Part shown: one piece after another, positions 1-11,364 of the stretch | How positions within the stretch are numbered: the stretch's first letter is position 1 | Layout: each line of letters starts with the position of its first letter | NCBI GenBank assembly: GCA_050949565.1 | Contig: JBMNFY010000006.1 | Location: 147,941-211,940, forward strand | Length of the DNA: 64,000 bases | Direction of reading: 5' to 3' | Origin: Kiritimatiellia bacterium | GTDB lineage: Bacteria; Verrucomicrobiota; Kiritimatiellia; RFP12; UBA1067 | Made by a program: the position numbers and the translations under genes | The notes under the pieces: generated by a model | Databases searched by the model: none | What the model saw: the letters and a program-made list of their open reading frames with translations, nothing else | Told to the model about the DNA's origin: nothing

Positions 1-1135
<1,135 letters not shown>

Positions 1136-1176
1136 TGTGTGTTTTCCTTTATTGTCAGATAGAGTTAACGAGATTT

Positions 1177-2058
1177 TCAGGGCGTTGCTAGGCTGCCCGG
1201 AGCGGGATCGCTGGCCAGCGTGATCGTGCCCAAGTCTTTCACGGAGGTTGTCACGCGGATTCCCTGCAATGCCTTACAGAAGTAGCCGGGGATCGGTCCC
1301 TTGGTGTCGGGCGGTCCCAGCTCCTGACGGGTGATCTCGCGGGTCTTTTTCATCTCCCAGTGGACGCCCAACTTGCTGGTGCCGACGCTTTCCATCAGAC
1401 AGAGCTTAATGCTGCGGATTTGAATGTGTTTCAGGACCTCGGCACTTTGTAGGGTGACCGGAAGGGTGCGCACCTCCTGCTCAAGTACACGCGCTCTGCC
1501 GAAGGTGCCGCTCTGGCCTTCGAGTCGGTGTTGGTTTTTCACGTTGAAAAAGGGATTGGACTCGTTGACCTTTGCCCTGATCACGCGCACATCCGACTCG
1601 GTCAGCGTGTTCTCGTCGCGCGAGAGCAGTAACCCTTCGTAAAAACAGTTCTCGCACAGCACGAAGAGATCGTACTTGCCGGGCGGCAGCCCATGGAAAG
1701 AGAAGGCGTTGTTCTCGCCCAGTGCGGCGAGAAAGACCTCGTTGGTCATGTCTTTGTTGATGTTGCGCGCATTCTTGGCGGCGTCGCCACCCGCCACATT
1801 GGCCAGCGCGGAAACGTTGGGGAATCTTTGTGGCATGGCCAGCACGCCGAGCACTTCGGATGGATTGCCGGCGATCACGCCGCGCAAACCGCCGCCAGCC
1901 CAAGGATCGGGCTTGGTGTACAGGTTGATACTGACCTGGGTTTTGCTGTAAGGCGACATATTGCCGGGGTTGATCTTAGTCGCCGCGCAGACCAGCGAGG
2001 CCGCGAGAACGGCCAGCAAAGCACCAGCGGCACGGGGGGCTATACGGGATGTCATCAT
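1177..2058 (-). CDS. Secreted hypothetical protein (carboxypeptidase-regulatory-like fold possible)
   Basis: Signal-peptide-like N-terminus; FSFHGLPPGKYDL motif; overlaps the upstream gene stop, so part of the operon. Confidence 0.7.
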   Translation of the reverse strand: MMTSRIAPRAAGALLAVLAASLVCAATKINPGNMSPYSKTQVSINLYTKPDPWAGGGLRGVIAGNPSEVLGVLAMPQRFPNVSALANVAGGDAAKNARNINKDMTNEVFLAALGENNAFSFHGLPPGKYDLFVLCENCFYEGLLLSRDENTLTESDVRVIRAKVNESNPFFNVKNQHRLEGQSGTFGRARVLEQEVRTLPVTLQSAEVLKHIQIRSIKLCLMESVGTSKLGVHWEMKKTREITRQELGPPDTKGPIPGYFCKALQGIRVTTSVKDLGTITLASDPAPGSLATP

Positions 2059-4574
2059 CGTGTAAGGATCTCCTTCATATCGGCTTCATAGGGGTGACCC
2101 GGGAAGCGGCGGATAAAGTCGGTGGCGATCTCTTTGGCGCGCGTTTTGTCGTTGAGCTGTAGTCGGCATTCGATCTCCAACTTCATGGCATCCGCGAGCT
2201 GCGCGCTCATTGTCACACTCTTGCGGTAGGCCGCCAGTGCGTTGATCGCACGGCGCAGGTCACCGACGGTGATGTAGATCTTGGCCTCCGCCATCGGATA
2301 GTCGCCGGAAAGTTTGGAGGCGGGAGATTCATTCTCCCAGTCGCTCAGCTTTTGAAAGGCCTCGGCCAGCGCGTCTTGCTCGAGGAAACTGGAGATTGTC
2401 GCGTACATCGACGCATCGTGGACCGTGTAGACTTTCCAGTCATCTACTTTCACACGCGAGGTGAGGCTCTGTGTGGCGGGGCGTCTGGAGGCCGCCCTGC
2501 CTGCTGTGTTGGTGTCGGCGTCGCGCTGCTGTTTCCGCGCACCGACGTAGGTTAGGCGTCCGCCGGCCGTGCCGGTTTTATGGCGGCTGCGGAAACGGTC
2601 TTGTGCGTCTTTGTAAAATTTCAATGCCGCGTCATACTGGCCGAGCGCCCGTGCGACATCGCCTTGCCGCAACGCTGCAATCTGCGTTTGATCGGGGCCG
2701 ATCGCCGCTTCCTTGAGAAAAGTAGTCTCCCGCCTGGCTGCCTCGGGGTCGTCGATATCAAACAAGTAAGCGCACACGCGCTCATCCTTCCAGCGGAATT
2801 TACGGGCGCTGTTTCTCTCGTTTTTCTCCAACCGCGCGATCCAATCCAGCAGAAGCTGGTCATTACGTTGGAGGCGCAACGTCTCGACGAACCGGTCTTC
2901 CAATGCCCAGCGTTCTTCGGGCGGCCGCTTTTGCAGCGTGTCGAAGCCGCGGTTGAAGATGTCGAGCAGAATCGGACCGGCATGGTAGGGGACGAGCAAC
3001 TCAACCAACATGCCCCAGTGGTCATTGCTCCAATCGGCGCACGGATCGGCTGGCGGCGGGACGGCACGCAGCATGTCGTACAAGGCCTTACGCACTGCGA
3101 GCCGGTCTTCCTTGGTGTCCAGCGAAAGTGCGGGCGGCGTCCAGAAACAGCGCATACGCACCGTGGTGCGGGCAACGCCCGCCGCATTTGAAACGGCGAG
3201 GGTGACCGGATACGAAATGGTGTCGGGGTCGCCGGAAACCAACCAGTCGACCGCAGGCTCTGCAAGACGCTTGTTTGAGGGAAACTCCCAAGTGACAGAC
3301 TGCGCGGCGGAGGGCGTCACCGCACCGTAGGAGAGCGCGAACAGGATCAAAGGTTTTTCACCGATCCAGTAGTACCCGAGACGCTGGTTGTTGCCGCGGA
3401 TGGTTCCCGCGATACGTCCATCTTTGAACGCGATCCGCGTGATGTCGGCAAGCCCGGAGCGCGCGAGCCCGGTGACATGCTCGGGCAGTCCGTCTTTTGT
3501 TTCCATACCGGGGCGCTTCCAACAGAGGTTGATCTCCTGCGGGCCGGTCTTTTCAAAGTGGTAATAGTCGATGCGGTGAAGGCCGGGTTCGAGCTCGACC
3601 CAATCGCCGCGCTGTCCTTTGGCACCGGCATGCCGCGTGTGGATGCCGGGCCAACTATGGATGATCTTGCCGTCGATCGCGAATTCAGAGCCTTCGTCCG
3701 AAATCGTGCAGAAGTAGATGCGCTCCTTTTTTTCGAGCACAAACGCGCCGACAATCCAAGTTGAAAAGTCGTCGTCGGGGCCGAAGGGGTTGACCATTGA
3801 GCCGATGCCATAATCCCACATGTCAAAAGAAGCTCCTTGGGCTGGCGGGTAGTCGCGCTCCATGCGTCTGGCCACCGCCAGACTAGCGTTGCCATTTTTT
3901 GAGAAGAAAATGGTCGATGGAAACAGGCGCGTGTTGGTCGGCCGCTGCGGCGGGTTGGCTGAGGGGGTGATGTAAACCGCAGCGGTCTCGCCGTTGTCCG
4001 GCTTGGCAAACAGTACGCCGAAGCCATCGGTTTGCGAGTCGGCGACGATCACGCTTTCCAGTTGCTTGCCCTGAGCATCGCGCACATCGGGGATGCGGAA
4101 CTTGCCGGGCAGCAGGCCACCGTTGGGGATCTTGACGAAAACACCCAGATCAGGATGGTCTGGATCACGTGAAACAGACACCTCGACCCGCAATGCCGCG
4201 CCGGGCACGGCCCAGTTCTCTTGTTGCGCCCCGCTACGCCCGGCCGCAACAATCAGTAGCGCACAAACGACGAGACGCGAAAGGTGCCGCGCACCCAATC
4301 GGTTGGTGACAGGGGCGTGCGAAGACCATGCGTTTCTGGTGAAAAGGGGAGCAAAGAGTCGGGAGCGCGGGCGTCCTCGCCCGCAACAGCGTGTACGCGA
4401 ACGTGAACGCGGATCGCTGCGCTGTGAACGTGTACGGAGCCCGGGCTCGCGGAGCGTCGGGAGGGGCAAGCGTCTGCTTGCCTGCGGACGAGCAGACGCT
4501 CGTCCCTCCCATCCTGCGGTCAAAAACAAATCACAACTCTTCAACTCACACGACTCCTTACGGCGCACCCGCAC
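2055..4574 (-). CDS. Secreted PA14-domain / TPR-like protein (start uncertain)
   Basis: FCTISDEGSEFAIDG..VELEPGLHRIDYYHFEKTG is PA14-like; helical TPR-like C-terminus ending FIRRFPGHPY. The first ~90 codons run through a repeat cassette. Confidence 0.75.
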   Translation of the reverse strand: MRVRRKESCELKSCDLFLTAGWEGRASARPQASRRLPLPTLREPGLRTRSQRSDPRSRSRTRCCGRGRPRSRLFAPLFTRNAWSSHAPVTNRLGARHLSRLVVCALLIVAAGRSGAQQENWAVPGAALRVEVSVSRDPDHPDLGVFVKIPNGGLLPGKFRIPDVRDAQGKQLESVIVADSQTDGFGVLFAKPDNGETAAVYITPSANPPQRPTNTRLFPSTIFFSKNGNASLAVARRMERDYPPAQGASFDMWDYGIGSMVNPFGPDDDFSTWIVGAFVLEKKERIYFCTISDEGSEFAIDGKIIHSWPGIHTRHAGAKGQRGDWVELEPGLHRIDYYHFEKTGPQEINLCWKRPGMETKDGLPEHVTGLARSGLADITRIAFKDGRIAGTIRGNNQRLGYYWIGEKPLILFALSYGAVTPSAAQSVTWEFPSNKRLAEPAVDWLVSGDPDTISYPVTLAVSNAAGVARTTVRMRCFWTPPALSLDTKEDRLAVRKALYDMLRAVPPPADPCADWSNDHWGMLVELLVPYHAGPILLDIFNRGFDTLQKRPPEERWALEDRFVETLRLQRNDQLLLDWIARLEKNERNSARKFRWKDERVCAYLFDIDDPEAARRETTFLKEAAIGPDQTQIAALRQGDVARALGQYDAALKFYKDAQDRFRSRHKTGTAGGRLTYVGARKQQRDADTNTAGRAASRRPATQSLTSRVKVDDWKVYTVHDASMYATISSFLEQDALAEAFQKLSDWENESPASKLSGDYPMAEAKIYITVGDLRRAINALAAYRKSVTMSAQLADAMKLEIECRLQLNDKTRAKEIATDFIRRFPGHPYEADMKEILTR
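4358..4512. repeat. REP-like palindrome cassette
   Basis: GGGAGCGCGGGCGTCCTCGCCCGC has an inverted near-copy at 41298-41332. GGCAAGCGTCTGCTTGCC and GGACGAGCAGACGCTCGTCC hairpins are related to those at ~18880, 24820, 26490 and 38600. Confidence 0.8.
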
Positions 4575-4579
4575 GCGCG

Positions 4580-7500
4580 CTACTGCATCTCACCAATCGC
4601 TTTAAAGTAGTCCGACACCATGTCGCGGTATTCGGCCGGGGCTTCGTCCGGCGATGCGGCAATCGCATCTTCGGCGTTCTCCGTATTGCTGACCGCCCCC
4701 ATGTCCGCGTTGCTGATCCCGTTTTCTAGCGACGTATAGGTGCTGCTGAGTGCCTGCAACGCCTTCTTGTGCAGTTCGGCGATCATCGCCGGCGAAGCGT
4801 TCTGCTTCTGCAACAGTTCGATCTGCTTGCTGAACGCGATATACTTCTTGAGGTCGTAGGTCCGCAGGTTGTTGAGCTGCGCCTGGGCGTACACCGCCTC
4901 GGCGTTCCGGGTCAACTGGGCGCGTGTGCTCTCGGCGGAGTCGGCCTCCACCTTGGTGTCGCGCCGCGTGGCGCCTTCGCCGCCCTCCATGCCCCTGTCC
5001 TGCGAGTAGCCGGAGTTCTTACCGCCGCCTGTGGCGACAGCGTCCGTGTGCCCCTCTTCTTCGACGTCACCGGACTGATTGGAGTCCTGCGTGCGCCGCT
5101 TATCAAGATGCTCGTCACCCTCGCTGATTCTGCCGGAACGCGACATCACCTCACCGTCTGACATGCCTTGCCGCCCGACCTGTGAACGGCCGTCCTGATC
5201 CTTGTGGTCGGGCCGGTCGTTGCCCGATTTACCGGCGGCGCTGTAGCTGACGGTTTCACCTTCGGAAATGCCCCATCCCATGTCAATATTGGCCATGCCC
5301 TGATTGGTCACGGAGTCGTCCGCCTTTTCCGATTGCTCCTCTTCCTGCTCCAGCAGGTCGCCGATGATGTCCTGCAACTCTTCGGGCATGGTCACCTGAC
5401 CGATCGGCCCCTTCATCTCCTCCTTGTCAATCGTCTCCATATTGCGCTTGACGTTATCGGGCACGGAGAAAAGCCACATTTCCATTTCGTCTGCCTTTTG
5501 CCCGGTCGCGATCATCATGTCGAGCAGGAAGTCCTCCTTTTGCAGGCCGATCTCGACCACTTCGTTTGTGCTGGAACCCGTCACCTGCTTCATCTCTTCG
5601 TACGTCTGAAAAGCGTCGGTCACCAGTTCGTTGACGGCATCCATCTCGGGCATGGCTTGCAGGTCGGTCGCGACCTTCAACATGGCTTGTGCCATGTTTT
5701 CTTTGAGTTCCACGATCTCCTCAAGCAGGTCTTCGTCAAGCTTCTCGGTCTTGTCGCCTTGGCTGCCGGTCTCGCGCAGGGCATCCACCACGCGTGTTTG
5801 CAAGTCCTCCATCTTCTTAATGGACTGCCGCGCGTCCTTGATAATCGCCAGCGCTTCTTCGGTCTTGTCCTTGGTCTCGGTTTCACGCCACTCTTTGAGA
5901 AATTCCATCAGCACGGCGATACCGTTGGTTACGTTGTTTTGCGGCGGCACGGCATTCGCGATCTGTTCCGATTCCATGATCTCGGCGATCGTGACCATGG
6001 TGGGGTGAAGCTTCAGTTCTACCGCGCGGTCGGCGATTTTGGTCATCAAGGCACCAAACTCTTCATCTTCACGGTCTTGCTTCGCCTCGGACCGGCAGAA
6101 GCCGATCATGGCTTCCATGTCTTGCGCGAGGTTGTCTTGCCGATCGACGATGGCTTCCGGCAGTTCGGTCGCTTTTTCAACGGCTTTCAACGTGACGTTG
6201 AGGTTGGCGGTCTGGCCTTTGCGGATGCCCTCCAGCATCGCCAAGACACCGGCGGCGGCCTGCGAGATCTCGCCCCTGTTCATGTTGCCGTCCGCTTGGA
6301 CCAACAAGCGCAACACTGTGTTTTGCGCGTCGACTGCGAGCCGGGCGTTCTCTTCGCGCGTTTCCGCCGCTCCTGTCACCATGCGGGTCAACCGCATGGT
6401 GGCGTCAGGCAACGGCCCTTTTACCGCCTTGTCGAGCGCGACACGCGCCGTGCCGATCGCTGCGTCTTTAGTTTTTAGCAACGTCTCGGCATAACTGCGG
6501 ATCTCCGTCTGCTTTTCGGCGACCTCCTGCCAGAGCTGCTCGTCGTAGGTGGGCAGTCCTCCCTGCAACCGCTTGGTGGTGGCGAGCGTGGCGCGCTGAC
6601 GTGCAACCAGCTCGCCGATCGTCTTGCGCGCCTCGCCGCGATTTTGCTGCTCGGCGGCAAACTGCGAGGAGAGCGTCGTCATCTCGAACAAGATTTGCTG
6701 GCTGACCGCGCGGTTGGGCGCGTCACCGGCGGCGGTGTCGTAGGCCACGATGCGCAGGGCCGAGGAGGCGGAGACGTCCGCCAGCGAGCCGGTCCATTTT
6801 TCGTTGAAAACTCTTTTTCCGTCGAGGTCCCACTCTTTGAGAACGTCGCCTTCGGCACCCGGTTTGGCACCTTTGTTGACGCGCTCGACACGCACCTTAC
6901 CGAGACCGTATTCGTCGGTGACTTCAAAATGTACGACCGGCGCGGCATTGGGCGGCAGGACCGCCTTTGCGGCCGAAGGGATCACCAGCCGGATAGCGGG
7001 CGCACGGTCTTCGATGAGTTCGAAGCGCACCGGTACGCGCATCTCAAGCCCGAAGGCGTCGCGTGCCGCGACCTGAAAGATTGAACCATCTTTAATTGTG
7101 GCGGCCCCAGACCAACTCGCCTTGTCCGTGCCGGGCGTCAGCGTCAGCGTTTCCTGATCGAACAGGATCTGCGAGGTCTCGGTCGGCCGGTTGCAGACGA
7201 CTCGGAAGGCGACTTCTGAGTGAACCGGAATCGCCACCGCGTTGGTTAGCGCGTCGAAAGTACGCGGGGCCAACGACGTGTATCCGGGCGGCGTCACCGT
7301 GAGTTGCAGGGCAGAGAGCGCCAGCGGCGGCACGGTGTCGATCGTGAAGGTGTCGGTCGGATAGGCGTCACCGACCTTGAAACGGTAACGGAGCGAGGTG
7401 GCTATTTTGGAGACGCGGTAGGGGAACTCCTCCTCTGTGCCGGTGGACGAGAACTGGCCGATCCGCACAGTCGAACGTTTGTCGTCGGAGGGATAGAGGT

Positions 7501-8155
7501 CCAGGTCCACGAACTGTCCGGCGCGGCCGGTGGCTTTGACCACCAGATCGATGCCGGAGCCCTGCACGATGGTCTTGTCGGCCGGCGTCACGGCGATGAC
7601 CGTTGCAAAGGTCGGCGGCGAAAGCTTCGAAAAAGGATTCAGCACGCGTTGCATGGCTACCGTCCACGCATTGCCGAGCACGAACGCCGGTATGGCCAGC
7701 AGCAGCACCGCTACGGCTACGGCGATCGCGCCGCGTTTGCGCAGGCGCCGATCCTTGATCTCGTGCAGGGGGAGCGTGTGAAACTCCGGCACGTCCTCAT
7801 TCAGGTAGGTGCGCAGCCAAGAGGATTGCGAACGCTCGTTGGCGAAGAGCACGCGGTTGATGAGGTGGTTATCGAGCTGCGGGAATTTCTTTTCGAGAAA
7901 CGCGGCCACGGCGGCGGGCGAGCGCTTCCGGCCGACCACGCGCGCCAGCCAAACCAGCGCGGCGATCACCAGGCCGATCAACACGAGCGAGAGGGTCAGC
8001 CGTCCGTAAGTCCGCGGACGGAGCCACACATCGAGTGCGGTTAAAGCGCCCCAAGCGGCCAATAGAAGGGCGAGCGCCACGATCAGATGCTCCGTGGCGT
8101 GCCAGCGGTTGATCTTGCCGTTGATGCGGTGAAGTTCTTGATCAAAACTCGACAT
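4580..8155 (-). CDS. Large membrane-anchored coiled-coil protein (DUF4175-like), MoxR operon member
   Basis: N-terminal TM helices, AAFLEKKFPQLDNHLIN motif, VTPPGYT Ig-like region, acidic coiled-coil tail ending PAEYRDMVSDYFKAI. Confidence 0.8.
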   Translation of the reverse strand: MSSFDQELHRINGKINRWHATEHLIVALALLLAAWGALTALDVWLRPRTYGRLTLSLVLIGLVIAALVWLARVVGRKRSPAAVAAFLEKKFPQLDNHLINRVLFANERSQSSWLRTYLNEDVPEFHTLPLHEIKDRRLRKRGAIAVAVAVLLLAIPAFVLGNAWTVAMQRVLNPFSKLSPPTFATVIAVTPADKTIVQGSGIDLVVKATGRAGQFVDLDLYPSDDKRSTVRIGQFSSTGTEEEFPYRVSKIATSLRYRFKVGDAYPTDTFTIDTVPPLALSALQLTVTPPGYTSLAPRTFDALTNAVAIPVHSEVAFRVVCNRPTETSQILFDQETLTLTPGTDKASWSGAATIKDGSIFQVAARDAFGLEMRVPVRFELIEDRAPAIRLVIPSAAKAVLPPNAAPVVHFEVTDEYGLGKVRVERVNKGAKPGAEGDVLKEWDLDGKRVFNEKWTGSLADVSASSALRIVAYDTAAGDAPNRAVSQQILFEMTTLSSQFAAEQQNRGEARKTIGELVARQRATLATTKRLQGGLPTYDEQLWQEVAEKQTEIRSYAETLLKTKDAAIGTARVALDKAVKGPLPDATMRLTRMVTGAAETREENARLAVDAQNTVLRLLVQADGNMNRGEISQAAAGVLAMLEGIRKGQTANLNVTLKAVEKATELPEAIVDRQDNLAQDMEAMIGFCRSEAKQDREDEEFGALMTKIADRAVELKLHPTMVTIAEIMESEQIANAVPPQNNVTNGIAVLMEFLKEWRETETKDKTEEALAIIKDARQSIKKMEDLQTRVVDALRETGSQGDKTEKLDEDLLEEIVELKENMAQAMLKVATDLQAMPEMDAVNELVTDAFQTYEEMKQVTGSSTNEVVEIGLQKEDFLLDMMIATGQKADEMEMWLFSVPDNVKRNMETIDKEEMKGPIGQVTMPEELQDIIGDLLEQEEEQSEKADDSVTNQGMANIDMGWGISEGETVSYSAAGKSGNDRPDHKDQDGRSQVGRQGMSDGEVMSRSGRISEGDEHLDKRRTQDSNQSGDVEEEGHTDAVATGGGKNSGYSQDRGMEGGEGATRRDTKVEADSAESTRAQLTRNAEAVYAQAQLNNLRTYDLKKYIAFSKQIELLQKQNASPAMIAELHKKALQALSSTYTSLENGISNADMGAVSNTENAEDAIAASPDEAPAEYRDMVSDYFKAIGEMQ

Positions 8156-8325
8156 AAGCGGCTCCTTGCTGTTACTCCCTCAGACCACAAGTCCAAGCGA
8201 ACGGTTTACCATTTCCAACAATAGCAAAATGAGTGCGGGCTGTAAATCAGAAGCCAAGCGTTTTTGCGAAGAAGTTTAAGAATTCGCTAGGCTTTTCCCC
8301 AGTGCAAGAGTATAAATAGACGCGC

Positions 8326-9027
8326 ATGGCAAAACACAAGAAAAAGAGAGACAAGGCCACTCCGCCGCCTGCCACCGTTTCGTCCCCCGATACGGCGGTC
8401 GAGGTGACGGACGAAAGCGAAGTTCCGGAAGCGCAGGTAGTCGCGCCTGAGCAGCCTGCGGCTTCGTCGGCTGAAGCGGCTCCGTCGACTGAAGAGCTTG
8501 ATGACGCCCCCACGCAGGCTAACGAAGAGCCGCGCGACGTGACGCCGCCGGTTGCGGCGGCGCGGCCGCGGTGGCGGCGCTGGATGCCGGACCTGATCAA
8601 AGTGGCGCTGGCGCTGGTCGTGATCGGGATCGCGGCGGCTATCTGGTATCAGCCGCCATTGGTCAAGGCCCACTTCCCGTATGTCTCCTATGTCTTTTTC
8701 GGTCAACGCTTTGAAGATGCGGTGCTTCTCCGGCCGCTCGCGATGCCGACCCGCTACTACGTGGCGCTGCCCGAGAAGTTGGCCGATAGATACCAGTGGT
8801 TCGCCGTGGACCGGCGGCGCGAAGTGGTGGCTCTGACCGAGGCGCCGCGTCACCGCGCCCTGGGACTCCAGGCGATCCGGCGCAGCGACCCGCTCGGGCT
8901 GGACCTGGAATTCCGCAAGCTGGACGGATCGGAGTGGCAGATTGCGTTTCTGGACGACGCCATTGTTTTTTCAAATGCGCTGTTGACCGTGCGGCTGGAT
9001 ACGCAGCAGACGGTGCCGCAGCAGTAG
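8326..9027 (+). CDS. Hypothetical single-pass membrane protein
   Basis: 233 aa; acidic/Pro-rich N-terminus, one TM segment. Confidence 0.65.
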   Translation: MAKHKKKRDKATPPPATVSSPDTAVEVTDESEVPEAQVVAPEQPAASSAEAAPSTEELDDAPTQANEEPRDVTPPVAAARPRWRRWMPDLIKVALALVVIGIAAAIWYQPPLVKAHFPYVSYVFFGQRFEDAVLLRPLAMPTRYYVALPEKLADRYQWFAVDRRREVVALTEAPRHRALGLQAIRRSDPLGLDLEFRKLDGSEWQIAFLDDAIVFSNALLTVRLDTQQTVPQQ

Positions 9028-9041
9028 GTTCAGGTGCTAAC

Positions 9042-10802
9042 ATGATTGTTGTGCCGTGCGCGGAGACACACTCAGTCCCCACACTTAGTCGAAAACAAGT
9101 TCTTTCGTCAAACCTGCGGTTACGACGCCGTCTCGTAAAAATCACGGTGCTGCTATGCTGTGCGGGCGTCGTGGCGACCGGTAGCGCGGCAGAATGGTCG
9201 GTCCGCGTGTTGCCCGGACCGGTCGCGACGAACGTCGCGCCGTTGCGTCTGGGCTTGCAGGTCGGCTTTCTGGATGGGCGCTTTCATCCGTTGCGCGCGG
9301 AGTGCCTAACCGGTCTCGACTGGGGAGCCGAGACCGGAGTGACCTTGGAGACGCTTGCAACCACGAGTCCGACCAACCGCACGATGCGCGTTACGAATGG
9401 CGACGCTGCGCGTCTGGGTATCACGCAGATCACACGGACATTGCGGAGCGGTGTTGGGCATACGCTGCGCCTACAGGGGCGCCGGGTCGCGGGCAAAGGG
9501 CGCGTCTGGGTGACGTTTCAGCCGATGGGCGGCAATCCCGAGGACGGCGTGACCGAACGCTTTTCGCTGCGCGACGAGTGGAGGTCGCGTGAAGTGCATG
9601 TGGTGCCGCAGCATGAGACGGCCTATCGCTGTCAGCTCGCCATCGAGCCGGGTAGTGTTATTGAATTGAGCGCGCTGTCGCTGGTGCCGGATGATGCCGA
9701 AGATGGATGGGACCATGAAACACTGGAGGCATTACGCGGCATGAGTCCGAGCGTCATTGGATGGCCCGCTGCGAAAGAGTTGGGAACCTATGTGTGGTAC
9801 GACGGGGTCGGTCCGCAGGCCGTGCGACGCCCCGCTGTGCCTTCCGCTGTCCCGGAAGAGGCGCATGCGTTCGGGACGGCTGAGTTTGTCACCTTCTGCC
9901 GTCTGACCGGGGCGGAGCCGACGTTGCGCGTTGAGGTGTTCGAGCCGGGCATGACGGATGAGCGTGTGCCGGATCAAGCGGCGGGTGTCCGGATGGCTGC
10001 GGAATGGGTGGCCTATTGCAACGCGACGGGGAACCACCCGCTGGCCTTGCTGCGGCAGCGTCACGGCCACCCCGAGCCATTGCGCGTGATGCGCTGGGAA
10101 CTGATCGCCCGCGGCGGCGCGGACGGGCCGTCGGCGGCGTCCGCGGCGGCGTACACGGCGGCCATGTGCGCCGAAGATCCGGCCATCTGCGTGACGGTCA
10201 GTGGCGACGCCACGCTGACGCCGCGCAGCGACCCGTATGTATCGGAAATCCTGCGACGGCTTGCGGCGGCACCGCCCGACGAACGGGTCTACTACGCCGA
10301 GTGGTACAATGCGTTGGGGCTGGCCTGCGCGGTGCTCGATCGCGTCGAGCAAGGACGCTGCGGTCCGCTCGCCACACCCTTGCAGCCCGAGCAGGTGCTT
10401 TACCGCGCATCCCGCGCGCGGAACATGCTGACCGATACCGGCGTGCTATTGGCGTTGATCAACCGCTACCCTGCCGACCGGCCGGTCTTGATCGAAGGTA
10501 TGCCGAATACACCGGACAGCTCTTTGCGCGTGCAGGCGGCCTGGGCGACTGGGGCGGGGGAACTGATCGTGTTTGTCTACAACGCCGCACCTGAGGCGCA
10601 CACCGTGCGGATTGGGCTCGCGCCGCTGAAGCGACGTTTTGTGCTGTATGTGTCCGACCAATTGGCGCCCGATCTGGCGGCACGGCGCGACACGCAGGCC
10701 ATGCCGGTGACCCACACGCAAAAAGTAGGGAGCGCACTCAGCCAGACGGTCGTGTGCGAAGCAGCGCCCTGCTCTATCACGCGCGTGCTGGTAAAGGAGT
10801 AA
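9042..10802 (+). CDS. GH51 alpha-L-arabinofuranosidase-like protein, degenerate active site
   Basis: YVWYDGVGPQAVRRP, FGTAEFVTFCRLTGAEP and AAEWVAYCN..LRQRHGHPEPLRVMRWE match GH51 blocks. The ATG at 9042 was chosen to avoid overlap with the upstream gene. Confidence 0.7.
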   Translation: MIVVPCAETHSVPTLSRKQVLSSNLRLRRRLVKITVLLCCAGVVATGSAAEWSVRVLPGPVATNVAPLRLGLQVGFLDGRFHPLRAECLTGLDWGAETGVTLETLATTSPTNRTMRVTNGDAARLGITQITRTLRSGVGHTLRLQGRRVAGKGRVWVTFQPMGGNPEDGVTERFSLRDEWRSREVHVVPQHETAYRCQLAIEPGSVIELSALSLVPDDAEDGWDHETLEALRGMSPSVIGWPAAKELGTYVWYDGVGPQAVRRPAVPSAVPEEAHAFGTAEFVTFCRLTGAEPTLRVEVFEPGMTDERVPDQAAGVRMAAEWVAYCNATGNHPLALLRQRHGHPEPLRVMRWELIARGGADGPSAASAAAYTAAMCAEDPAICVTVSGDATLTPRSDPYVSEILRRLAAAPPDERVYYAEWYNALGLACAVLDRVEQGRCGPLATPLQPEQVLYRASRARNMLTDTGVLLALINRYPADRPVLIEGMPNTPDSSLRVQAAWATGAGELIVFVYNAAPEAHTVRIGLAPLKRRFVLYVSDQLAPDLAARRDTQAMPVTHTQKVGSALSQTVVCEAAPCSITRVLVKE

Positions 10803-10815
10803 GGAGATCGAAACG

Positions 10816-11364
10816 ATGATACGAAATCGTATCATTTTCATAGGCACATGGTTGGCATTTGCAATTGTCTTGTTTGTTTTCCCAGGCTTCGAAATGCGCG
10901 GGCTTGCTTGGGGAATGATTGTTGGATACTGGCCTATTTTGCTCTTGGAACACATCTGTGACGGCTCCAACTTTAATCCTTTTGTCATCCTTCTCGCAAT
11001 GGTCATCCTCAGCGGAGTGACCGTCACGTTTTTTGCTTGGTTGATGGATAAGTCAAGAATCTCGAAGAAGGTTTTACCACTCCTTTACTGTACCATGGTG
11101 GCTTTCGCTTGTTATTTCGCCTTTTCCGGAGCCGATTATGAAGAGTGGCAAAGAATTCCTGCCATTGCCGCTGCGATGGAATCGTCCGAAGTGAACTACG
11201 AACCGACCCGCTGGGATTTCCGGAAGTCAATCGTTATTCCCGGAGTGCTTGCGGGCGGATTGATGGGGCTGTACATTGTTTCTGGACTCGGGGCAGTGTT
11301 TGCCCTGTTCAAACTTTGGCATCAAGGTGTCCGATGCCGAAGCCACAGAGATGAAAACAATTAA
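10816..11364 (+). CDS. Hypothetical integral membrane protein
   Basis: Several hydrophobic segments; RBS AAGGAG; visibly lower GC than its neighbours. Confidence 0.7.
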   Translation: MIRNRIIFIGTWLAFAIVLFVFPGFEMRGLAWGMIVGYWPILLLEHICDGSNFNPFVILLAMVILSGVTVTFFAWLMDKSRISKKVLPLLYCTMVAFACYFAFSGADYEEWQRIPAIAAAMESSEVNYEPTRWDFRKSIVIPGVLAGGLMGLYIVSGLGAVFALFKLWHQGVRCRSHRDENN

